Origin: an uncultured Planctomycetaceae bacterium
GTDB lineage: Bacteria > Planctomycetota > UBA1135 > GCA-002686595
DNA: 36,920 bases
Direction of reading: 5' to 3'
NCBI GenBank assembly: GCA_964552875.1
Contig: CAZKIY010000003.1
Coordinates: 1,324 to 38,243 of the forward strand
The position numbers were made by a program, and so were the translations under genes. Shown here piece by piece: positions 23,501 to 30,186 of the stretch. The number at the start of each line of letters is the position of its first letter. Position 1 is the first letter of the stretch. The notes beneath the pieces are model-generated. The model ran no database searches and was not told where the DNA came from. It saw only the letters and a program-made list of their open reading frames with translations.

Positions 23501-24046
23501 GTGTTCGACGAGCCCGTCACGACGAGCGTGCTGACGCTCTCGAATTGGTCGCTCCTCTCGAACGGGGTCGCCCAAGTCCTCACGGGAGCGCGCCTCACGA
23601 TCGTCGGGACGAGCAACACGGTGCGCCTGATCCTGTCGGGCTCGGCCGACCTCGACGCGAACGGCGGCATCAACGTCACGATCCAAGTGGCGTCGGACCA
23701 CTCGGGCAACGTGATTTCAGGCCCCATCGCCCTCGGCGGCTCCACGTCGGGTGATTCCACGCCTCCTTCGGAGCTCGAATCGTTCGTGAACTGGCGCGTG
23801 GACCCCACCGGGACCACGATCGACGTCTGGTTCGACGAGGACGTCGACACGGCCGTCGCGGGCACTGCGGCGAACTGGTCGGTGACCGGAGCCCCGACCG
23901 TCTCGGCCGTCGAGACGCTCGAGCGCGACCACTACCGTTTGACGCTCTCCGCGACGCCCGGGGCCTCCGACACGGTCTCGATCACGAGCCTCGACGACAC
24001 CTCGAAGAACACGTCGGGTGTCCTGACGTTCGATCCCTTGGAGTGA
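20543..24046 (+). CDS. Large lipoprotein built from tandem Ig-like (SbsA/Big-like) repeats
   Basis: ATG at 20543, preceded by GAGG. Signal and lipobox MRLGKYAIPVTFAVLASFTGC. At least 8 modules of about 110-130 aa each open with D-(S/A/T)-x-(A/P)-P-x-(L/V)-(T/S), for example DSAPTFAITS, DAVAPTLTSVVQN, DSGAPALTSITQN, DTTAPVVLSTG, DATPPLVTSVAG, DSTPPSELESF. The composition is T/V/D/A-rich, typical of beta structure. Confidence 0.8.
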   Translation: MRLGKYAIPVTFAVLASFTGCSSGSSEVTSNAISAVVQDLDADPTGQTTTITFVRDDGLAAATIANFVSEDGETATSVDVAGSVVTVEWDGRVTPSNRVRATGLTDVPETFVSVTTSDDSAPTFAITSGTQTTGLGGDGVVVTWSGPNVVEADVEDLDNWTLTIDGTTMDLDGSTFVLNPTTQVLTITLGDLANLHADFELETSGVRGVNDVTVSSAAVAGAASGDAVAPTLTSVVQNLSEDEFGRVVDFTFSEAMDPVFSTSIAHFTVSAPATATTVEQPSENVLRVSFSAPIVPAADDVDLSGIVDAHGNPLTDATVAVTQPSPVANAFAATPEATTVADAGGDTLVVETTQALDPDTAEDPASWTLVVDGNTIDLAAQTLAYDLLAKTLTLELAFDMSNGDAFTITGVSVLDVDGQTFAQSSGGTVAGDSGAPALTSITQNRNVDTAGKTLDVRFSEDVLEVGAETLGNYVDNGTMTLQSATLLVGLDTVRLVYDAAVVPGDVTIAISNVQDLAGNTMTAVPAATVISTDIASPSPTTAQADAVAGGANDTVTVQFDDDMIESEIEDPTNWTLESPVGTSVSTASATIAYTSASRTVTLALTNSENFQRGDDFQVSFTSCRDIGGNAITTATVTGDVDAEDDSPEVHAAYRESAVANELVVTFTEPCANLDDLYDATTNADGTRYDLRDSFGVFRGRPTTATIEEFGLAVRLGFGFTVGATDTLDVYGTTDLCGNALIPALDVATVAEATATPSLSTGASTVTAVSGENNDELVVVFDRPMNPWLLTDHDGYVLSGPNGLVDLTYATLTFDGASTVTIRLRANTNNDFTTGANYSLSINEVYSSQGVQRTVTQTENPIAAIGDTTAPVVLSTGVRLDPSDANSLLVTTDETVNSTESATAANYDLNSGTIATSAERIGARVIRVTFGVAPIAGDTLDFTVSDLASNATGTISRVVTAADATPPLVTSVAGVIVPGYGGDYVDVVFDEPVTTSVLTLSNWSLLSNGVAQVLTGARLTIVGTSNTVRLILSGSADLDANGGINVTIQVASDHSGNVISGPIALGGSTSGDSTPPSELESFVNWRVDPTGTTIDVWFDEDVDTAVAGTAANWSVTGAPTVSAVETLERDHYRLTLSATPGASDTVSITSLDDTSKNTSGVLTFDPLE

Positions 24047-24076
24047 ACCGGAGAGAGGGTTTCAAAGGCCTTCCAA

Positions 24077-24115
24077 GACGGCGCGTGCCCCCGTGGCGCG
24101 CGCCGTCGTTCGTTC
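24077..24115 (+). terminator. Candidate intrinsic terminator after the lipoprotein gene
   Basis: Stem GACGGCGCGTG / CGCGCGCCGTC (24077-24087 / 24097-24107, one G-U pair), a 9-nt loop, then GTTCGTTCC. Confidence 0.45.
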
Positions 24116-24230
24116 CGGTCGCCCCTCGATTCGATTCCTTGCTTCAGACGGCGGGAGCCCCGGCCCGATAGGTCGGAAGTGCCGAGGACCCCGCCGCAGG
24201 GGGAGCAGCACGCACCCCCAAGGAACTCTG

Positions 24231-25427
24231 TTGAACGCCCGAGCCCAGGACGAACGACTCTTCGTCGACGACGTCGTGACTGCTTTGACCGGCACCGTCG
24301 TGCCGTCAGGCGAACCGCGCCCGGTCTTCGAAGACCAGATGAAGCGCGCGACGGAGGAATTCGACCTCCGTACCGCCGAGGCTTTCGCGCGCGCGTTGCT
24401 CGAAGCGCTGTGCCAGGAACCGATCGATCCGCGCCGACTCGAGGCACTCCTGATCCTCGGTCTCGCGCACCCGACGATCCTCGAGCGTCATCGGATCTCG
24501 CTGCCCAAGGAAGGCGAGCGGTTGGCCGCGATGCTCGCCGCTCAGGGCCAGCACGACCGCGCGCGGACGCTCCTCGACGTGATCGCGAAGTCCGTGAGTG
24601 CCGCGGCCGAGACCGAGTTCACGGAGCCTTCTCAACCGATCCCGACCACTGCCGCCGGCCTCAAGGCGAATGGGACGTCGTCGGTTCACGCGCCCAACCC
24701 GGACGCGAATGCCGCAGGCGACCCGACCTCGCCGCATCCGGTCGAACGCGATCACGCGCGCATCGAGATGCTCTTGCGTCAGGCCGACGAGGCTGCCGCG
24801 CGTGGTCGCACGAACCAAGCGATCCTCTGCTTGCAAGAGGTGGTCACGCTCGATCGCCAGCGTCGCGACGTGACGCGGATGATCCGCGACCTCCGTTGGC
24901 AGGCACAAGACCGTCGCGCGCGCTCGATCCGTCGTTCGAAGCTCGCCGCGATGGTGATCGCGCTCACGGCCGCTGCCGCCGGCCTCGCTTGGCGCGAGCA
25001 CGGCGTCCGTCTCCGTTTCGACGCGATCCCGCGCGCCACGCCGGGCGAGCTCGCGTCGTTGCGCGCGCGCATCGAATCGATCGACGCACTGATCTCCGCC
25101 GAGAAGGCCTGGATCGGGATGGGCACGGCGCTCTCCGATCGTTCCGAGCTCGAGCAGGCGGCCATCGAGATCGAGTCGCGCGAGACGGCGAAAGCGTCCG
25201 AAGTCCGTCTCGACGTGACGCGCTCGCTCGAGATCGCCGAGTCCGCGCGCACGCGCGGGATGATGCTCGCTCAACAAGGTCGCTTCGACGATGCGCTCGT
25301 CGAACTGCGTCGCGCGCTCGAACTGGGCGGCACGGATTGGTCGGCGAGGCGCGATGTCGAGACGAACGTCGTCGCGATCGCCGAGTGGATCGAGAAGGGA
25401 CCCGAGCGCAAAGGACACGTGCGATGA
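24231..25427 (+). CDS. Hypothetical single-pass membrane protein, helical/coiled-coil; first gene of the mglA operon
   Basis: The start is uncertain: either TTG 24231, 6 nt after AGGA, or ATG 24339. TM helix LAAMVIALTAAAAGLAW. Helical, charged flanks. The stop overlaps the next start (ATGA). Confidence 0.55.
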   Translation: MNARAQDERLFVDDVVTALTGTVVPSGEPRPVFEDQMKRATEEFDLRTAEAFARALLEALCQEPIDPRRLEALLILGLAHPTILERHRISLPKEGERLAAMLAAQGQHDRARTLLDVIAKSVSAAAETEFTEPSQPIPTTAAGLKANGTSSVHAPNPDANAAGDPTSPHPVERDHARIEMLLRQADEAAARGRTNQAILCLQEVVTLDRQRRDVTRMIRDLRWQAQDRRARSIRRSKLAAMVIALTAAAAGLAWREHGVRLRFDAIPRATPGELASLRARIESIDALISAEKAWIGMGTALSDRSELEQAAIEIESRETAKASEVRLDVTRSLEIAESARTRGMMLAQQGRFDDALVELRRALELGGTDWSARRDVETNVVAIAEWIEKGPERKGHVR

Positions 25428-26512
25428 GCTTCCTGAATCGCTTCCTCTCCGGCAGCCGGACGCGCGATGCAGCGCGCCGCGTGGCCAAGGAGCCGTCCGC
25501 CGCGGCGTACGCGGAGTTGGCGCAAGAGCACGCCGTCACCGGCGATCTCGACGACGTGCTGCGTGTCACGGCTGAAGGCCTGAAGCTCTTTCCGGGCGAC
25601 GTCGAGCTCAAGCGCCTCGCGGACCGTACGCGCTCGCTGCGCGTCGAGAGCCGCATCCGCGAGCTCCAGCAGGAGCTGCGCGCAGCCCCGCGCCCCGCCG
25701 TGCGCAAGGAACTCTGCGAACTGCTCATCGAGGCCGGCCGCACGGCGCGTGCCGAAGAGGTCGCCGTCGAGTGGCACCAGAGCACGAAGAGTGGTGAAGC
25801 GGCCTACTTCCGGGCGTTGGCGCGCAGCGAGCGATTCTTCGCCGATCGTCGCCGCGACGATGGCCGCCTCGCGTTCGATCTCGCGAAGGCTGCCGAGGAC
25901 GCGCTCCCCGGCGATCCCCGTCCGGTCAAACTCTTCCTCCAGCTCTCGTCCCGAGTGGGCGCATGGGCCGACGCGCGGCGCTCGATCGCGCGGCTCCTGG
26001 AGCACTTCCCGGGTGATCCGGCTCTCGAGGCGCGGTTCCGTACCGTCCTCGCATTGGCCGAGGGATCGAAGGGGATCGATCAGGCTTTGCGCGAGGTCGA
26101 GCGCACCGGTCGGCTCGTCGACGACGCCCCCGAGAAGCGGGAAACCATCGAGTCCATCAGCGTGCGGCCGATGCTGCAGAGCCTGGTGAAGGAACCCGGC
26201 GTCCAAGCGGCCTTCTTCGCGCGCGGTGCGACGGCGCTCGTCCAAGGACCGAAGGGCGCGACGGCGGAGCGCGCGGCGCGCGGCGTGCGTGAAGTCGTCG
26301 TGGGCTGTCGTGCCGCGGCGCGCAAACTCGGGCTCGGCGCCGCACAGAGCGCGCGCCTCGAAGGCGACTTCGGAGCGCTCATGCTCGTCATCGGTGAACA
26401 GGGATCGTCCGCGCTGTGGTGCGACGGATCCGCGGATCAGCGTCACGAGGAACGACTGCGCCAACTCGCCGGCGCGGGCTCGGTGTCCACGAACACAGGA
26501 GACGTCGCGTGA
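25424..26512 (+). CDS. Helical-repeat (TPR-like) protein with a C-terminal Roadblock/LC7-like domain
   Basis: ATG at 25424. The N-terminal ~230 aa form alpha-helical repeats. The C-terminus reads MLQSLVKEPGVQAAFFARGATALVQGPKG...AARGVREVVVGCRAAARKLGLGAAQSARLEGDFGALMLVIGEQGSSALW, which follows the Roadblock pattern. The stop overlaps the next start (GTGA). Confidence 0.6.
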   Translation: MSFLNRFLSGSRTRDAARRVAKEPSAAAYAELAQEHAVTGDLDDVLRVTAEGLKLFPGDVELKRLADRTRSLRVESRIRELQQELRAAPRPAVRKELCELLIEAGRTARAEEVAVEWHQSTKSGEAAYFRALARSERFFADRRRDDGRLAFDLAKAAEDALPGDPRPVKLFLQLSSRVGAWADARRSIARLLEHFPGDPALEARFRTVLALAEGSKGIDQALREVERTGRLVDDAPEKRETIESISVRPMLQSLVKEPGVQAAFFARGATALVQGPKGATAERAARGVREVVVGCRAAARKLGLGAAQSARLEGDFGALMLVIGEQGSSALWCDGSADQRHEERLRQLAGAGSVSTNTGDVA

Positions 26513-27045
26513 AGCACATTCTCGAACCGCTGGCGCGCATCGCCGGAGTCCGCACGGCGGCGTTGATCACGACCGACGGCGTGCCGATCACCGTGCAAGG
26601 TCGCGCGGCGCCGCGTGGGGGCGGCGAATCGGGTGAGCTCGATGCGCTCGCCGCTCTGGCGGCAGCTTGGGTCGCCGAAGTGAACCGCGCGACGGCGCCA
26701 CTGGCGTGGGACGCACCGCGTCACCTCGTGCTACGCGCCGTGCGTGGGACGCTCGTCGCGATGCAGGCACCCGGTGCCTTGCTCGTCGTCGTGCTCGAAA
26801 GTGGCGCGAGCGCGGAAGAGCTGCGTTTGCCGATGGAAGCCGCGGTGGGACGCATGTTGCGCCACCTGCGTCAGCCGGCTGCCCCGCGCGCGCTGGCCGC
26901 AAAGTTCGCGCAATCGAACACCGAAGTGACTCGAACCGCGGAGCCTCGCGCTCCGCTGCCGCTCGCGCCTTCGATGCCGCAAACCGACAGGAGCCCTCAG
27001 CAAGCGCTGAGCGGAACCGAGGACCCCACGAACTCCGGGAACTGA
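26509..27045 (+). CDS. Roadblock/LC7 domain protein (MglB/MglC paralogue)
   Basis: GTG at 26509. The sequence reads LEPLARIAGVRTAALITTDGVPITVQG...DALAALAAAWVAEVNRATAPLAWDAPRHLVLRAVRGTLVAMQAPGALLVVVLESGASAEELRLPMEAAVGRM. Confidence 0.7.
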   Translation: MKHILEPLARIAGVRTAALITTDGVPITVQGRAAPRGGGESGELDALAALAAAWVAEVNRATAPLAWDAPRHLVLRAVRGTLVAMQAPGALLVVVLESGASAEELRLPMEAAVGRMLRHLRQPAAPRALAAKFAQSNTEVTRTAEPRAPLPLAPSMPQTDRSPQQALSGTEDPTNSGN

Positions 27046-27048
27046 CGC

Positions 27049-28569
27049 ATGGTCCAGATCAACTTCGCTCAGAAGCAAGTCAACGCCAAAGTCGTCTACT
27101 ACGGCCCGGGCATGTCCGGGAAGACGACGAACCTCGAGATCGTGCACCAGCGCGCTCCCGCTCCCAATCGTGGCGACCTCACGAGCATCAGCACGGACGG
27201 CGATCGCACGCTGTTCTTCGACTTCATGCCGCTCGACCTCGGAACGGTCGCGGGCATGCGGACATGCTTCCAGCTCTACACGGTGCCCGGTCAGGTCTAC
27301 TACAACTCGACACGCAAGCTCGTCCTGCAGGGCGTCGACGGTGTCGTGTTCGTGGCGGATTCGTCCGCGTCGATGGTCGAGGAGAACCTCGAGTCGATGC
27401 GCAACCTCGAGCAGAACTTGGCCGAGTACGGCAAGTCGCTCGCGACGATGCCGCTCATCATCCAATACAACAAGCGCGACCTACCGGATGCGCTGCCGGT
27501 GGAGGAGCTGCAACGGCTCCTGAATCCTTACGGCGCGCCGTGCTACGAGGCGATCGCGAACACGGGTCAGGGCGTCTTCCCGACGCTCAAGGCGCTCGCC
27601 GCGCGCGTGCTCGAATCGATCCACACGGGCAGCCGTTCGAATGCGGCGCAAGCCGGCATCCAAGCGGGTCTCGGTCAGACGGGATTCCATCAGGCTCCGA
27701 ATGGAGGAGCGCCGATTCCGCGCACGCTCCAACAGACGGGCTATCACGCCGCGCCGATGGCGCAGGCGATGCCGCCGCAGATGACGCCGCAGATGGGAGC
27801 TCAGCGAGCGGTGCCGATGCAGCCCGCGATGTCGATGCAGCCCGGCGCTCAAGTTCCGAACGGACAGCCAATGGTGCCCGGACAAACGGGGTACCACGAG
27901 TCGCTCGCCCGCACGGTCGTGCATGCACCGCCGATGCAGCCGGGCATGCACTCCGGTATGCAGCCGGGCATGCAAAACGGCATGCAGCCGGGCATGCAAA
28001 ACGGCATGCAAAACGGCATGCACGCCGGCATGCAGTCGATGCCGATGCAGCAGCCGACCGTTCAGGGCCACATGCCGCAACAGCACATGCACGGCCAGCA
28101 GCCCGGGATGATGCATCCGCAGATGCAGGTCCCCGGCCCGATCCCGCAACACACTCAGGCCGCCATGCACCAGACGGGCTACGGTTACGCGCCGCAAGGG
28201 CAACCGGGCATGCAGTCCGGGATGCCGATGCAGCCGCAGCACGGGATGCAACCGATGCAGAGCGCGCCCGCGACTCTCATGGCACCGCAGGCCCAAGCTC
28301 CGCAGGGCGGCATCCAGATGCTGCGCGTCGAAAAGGGTGGAGCCAGCGCACCGACCTCGGCTCAGAAGCCCCGTGCGGTCGCGCCGAAGCCAGTCGCGCC
28401 TGCAGCTCCGCTTGCCGCCGCCGAGACGGGAGCACGAATCCAACCGCGCAACCAACCGATGGCCACGCCCGGTTCGGGCAAGAAGCGACTCGTCTACACC
28501 GCGGTGTTCATCGTCGTCGCGCTCGGCGTCGGCGCATTCGTGGCCAAGATGGTCCTGTCCGTCCTCTGA
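27049..28569 (+). CDS. mglA: MglA-family Ras-like GTPase fused to a Met/Gln/Pro/Gly-rich low-complexity region and a C-terminal transmembrane helix
   Basis: The first ~195 aa are colinear with Myxococcus MglA: VNAKVVYYGPGMSGKTTNL, DRTLFFDFMPL, LYTVPGQVYY, VDGVVFVADS, IQYNKRDLP, GVFPTLKAL. About 285 aa of M/Q/P/G/H-rich sequence follow, ending in KKRLVYTAVFIVVALGVGAFVAKMVLSVL. Confidence 0.9.
   Translation: MVQINFAQKQVNAKVVYYGPGMSGKTTNLEIVHQRAPAPNRGDLTSISTDGDRTLFFDFMPLDLGTVAGMRTCFQLYTVPGQVYYNSTRKLVLQGVDGVVFVADSSASMVEENLESMRNLEQNLAEYGKSLATMPLIIQYNKRDLPDALPVEELQRLLNPYGAPCYEAIANTGQGVFPTLKALAARVLESIHTGSRSNAAQAGIQAGLGQTGFHQAPNGGAPIPRTLQQTGYHAAPMAQAMPPQMTPQMGAQRAVPMQPAMSMQPGAQVPNGQPMVPGQTGYHESLARTVVHAPPMQPGMHSGMQPGMQNGMQPGMQNGMQNGMHAGMQSMPMQQPTVQGHMPQQHMHGQQPGMMHPQMQVPGPIPQHTQAAMHQTGYGYAPQGQPGMQSGMPMQPQHGMQPMQSAPATLMAPQAQAPQGGIQMLRVEKGGASAPTSAQKPRAVAPKPVAPAAPLAAAETGARIQPRNQPMATPGSGKKRLVYTAVFIVVALGVGAFVAKMVLSVL
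27934..28029 (+). repeat. Eight tandem 12-bp units (ATGCAnnnnGGy) encoding (M-Q/H-x-G)n inside the mglA extension
   Basis: atgcagccgggc atgcactccggt atgcagccgggc atgcaaaacggc atgcagccgggc atgcaaaacggc atgcaaaacggc atgcacgccggc. Confidence 0.85.
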
Positions 28570-28591
28570 TCCCCCTTACGAGCCCACAATC

Positions 28592-29095
28592 ATGGCGATG
28601 ATGGACCAGAAACTGCGCAGCGAACGCCTCGTCTTCTACGAGAAGGACGTCCAGCGCATCGACGAAGAAATCGACGGCCTGCTCGAGCTCTCGGGCTCGC
28701 GCTGTGCCTTCCTGATCGACCGCGATGGTCACCTCGTGACGCGGCGCGGCGATGCGGTGCAGAACTCGCTCGAATCGATCTCTGCGCTCGTCGCGGGATC
28801 CTTCGCTGCGACCCGCGAGATGGCGCGACTGCTCGGCGAGGACGAGTTCGCGACGCTCTTCCACCAGGGCGAGCGCGAGAGCATCCAGATCTCGCTCGTC
28901 GGCGAGCGCGCGTTGCTCGCGATGGTTTTCGACCAACGGACGAATCTCGGCCTGGTGCGCTATTACGCGGTCGAGTCCGTGCGGCGCCTCACCGAGATCC
29001 TGAACGAGATCGACAAGCGCGAACCGTCGGCGCAAAGCGGTCTGTCGAGCGACTTCTCGTCGAGTGCCGCAGCCGCGCTCGACCGATTGTTCTGA
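28592..29095 (+). CDS. mglB: MglB (Roadblock/LC7 GTPase-activating partner of MglA)
   Basis: ATG at 28592. The sequence LVFYEKDVQRIDEEIDGLL...AFLIDRDGHLVTRRGD...ISALVAGSFAATREMARLLGEDEFATLFHQGERESIQISLVGERALLAMVFDQRTNLGLVRYY is closely colinear with Myxococcus MglB. Confidence 0.85.
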   Translation: MAMMDQKLRSERLVFYEKDVQRIDEEIDGLLELSGSRCAFLIDRDGHLVTRRGDAVQNSLESISALVAGSFAATREMARLLGEDEFATLFHQGERESIQISLVGERALLAMVFDQRTNLGLVRYYAVESVRRLTEILNEIDKREPSAQSGLSSDFSSSAAAALDRLF

Positions 29096-29134
29096 GCCCA
29101 ATCCCTTTCGGGGGAGGCTCGTCGGAATCGAAAA

Positions 29135-29179
29135 CTGCCGCGAAGCACCGCGAGGTGTGACGCGGCAGATTCGTTTTCC
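29135..29179 (+). terminator. Candidate terminator after mglB
   Basis: CTGCCGCG-aag-CACC-gcga-GGTG-tga-CGCGGCAG (29135-29168), then ATTCGTTTTCC. Confidence 0.4.
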
Positions 29180-29527
29180 ACACCACGCGGCCCAGAAATG
29201 GGACGACGCAGCGCGTCGCTTGCGCCCTTTCGCCGAGACTGCTCGGGAGTGTCCCGCAGCGAGGCGAGTCCAGGTCTCAAGTGCTTGCTCGCGCGCGGCT
29301 TGCTGCGTTCGGAACCGCCGCGTGTTCGCGGTCCGTGCCCGCGCGACGGCCGCCTATCCGCGATGAGCACTCGTTGGAAAGCGCGGCACGCGGCTGAATC
29401 TCGTGGGAGATCCATGGCTCGCGAGGAAAGGAAGCACGTGCACGAGCCGATCCGACCTACAGAGCCACACGGAGCGCGATGATCGCGCTGCACCCGTGCG
29501 CGCCAGCCGACTCAGGAGTCGATTTCC

Positions 29528-29722
29528 ATGGCGAGGAAGAAACAGGCGTCGAAGAAAAAGGCCGCGCAGGCGACGACGCGCCGCAAGAAGGCCGGCGCTC
29601 GTCGGACAGGTGCGCGGAAGTCGAGCGCGCGGAAGTCGAGTGCGCGGCAGTCGAGCGCGCGGAAAACGGGCGCACGGAAGAAGTCGGCCGGTCGCGCAGG
29701 TCGCAAGGCTACCCGGAAGTGA
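29528..29722 (+). CDS. Small highly basic Lys/Arg/Ala-rich protein (histone H1-like / HU-tail-like)
   Basis: 64 aa: MARKKQASKKKAAQATTRRKKAGARRTGARKSSARKSSARQSSARKTGARKKSAGRAGRKATRK. AGGAG lies 9 nt upstream. This frame has clearly higher GC3 than the other open frames here. It contains degenerate 15-bp tandem repeats (29612-29686). Confidence 0.55.
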   Translation: MARKKQASKKKAAQATTRRKKAGARRTGARKSSARKSSARQSSARKTGARKKSAGRAGRKATRK

Positions 29723-29765
29723 GCGGACCCCTCCGATTCCCCGACTCGAACGCGGGCCTCCGGAC

Positions 29766-30035
29766 ATGAACAAGAGCCATCTCATCAACTTCGTCGCCGA
29801 CGAGCTGCGCACCTCGAAGCTTCAGGCAGGTCTCCTGGTCGAGACCGTTCTCGGCGGAATCAAGAAGGGATTGCGCGACGATCAGAGCGTCACTCTGACG
29901 GGCTTCGGGACTTTCGAAATGAAATCGCGCAAGGCTCGGCAAGGACGCAACCCGCACACGGGTGCCCCGATCGAAATCGCAGCTGGGCATCGCGTCGGTT
30001 TCCGCGTCGGTAAGGCGCTGAAGGACGCCTTGTAA
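29766..30035 (+). CDS. hup: HU-family nucleoid protein
   Basis: MNKSHLINFVADEL...VTLTGFGTFEMKSRKARQGRNPHTGAPIEIAAGHRVGFRVGKALKDAL. Confidence 0.9.
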   Translation: MNKSHLINFVADELRTSKLQAGLLVETVLGGIKKGLRDDQSVTLTGFGTFEMKSRKARQGRNPHTGAPIEIAAGHRVGFRVGKALKDAL

Positions 30036-30103
30036 CCGCGACGGGTCGTGACGACGCCTCTTCCATAGGATGAGGCTTTCGGCCCGTGCCGAGCACAGGA
30101 CGA

Positions 30104-30131
30104 GCGGTGTTCCGGAATCCCGGAACGCCGC
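30104..30131. terminator. Candidate bidirectional hairpin between the convergent hup and metG genes
   Basis: GCGGTGTTCCGG-aatc-CCGGAACGCCGC, a 12-bp stem with one G-U pair. There is no U-tract. Confidence 0.3.
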
Positions 30132-30186
30132 TCGCTCGTAGTGCGCGAGTGCTACGCGGCTCGACTCGGCGAGCTTCCGACTGCCG

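Noticed and set aside
20543-24046. The large repeat lipoprotein as a second DGR target
   Set aside because: It has no FGE/CLec-type C-terminus, and I could find no segment resembling the TR (cgcgttctgcgcggcgggtcctgg ... gtcggtttccgcgtcgcgag).
27934-28029. Short tandem repeats here, at 29612-29686 and at 6487-6546, considered as a possible CRISPR array
   Set aside because: The units are 12, 15 and 31 bp and directly abutting, with no unique spacers. The first two sets are in-frame coding repeats. No cas genes are present.
29403-30035. The 210-aa ORF suggesting HU with an Arg-rich N-terminal extension
   Set aside because: In the HU frame, the third-position GC content upstream of 29766 is much lower than in the alternative K-rich frame (29528-29722). 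HU itself has a good ATG at 29766. A frameshift or sequencing error is not excluded, as noted in the findings.
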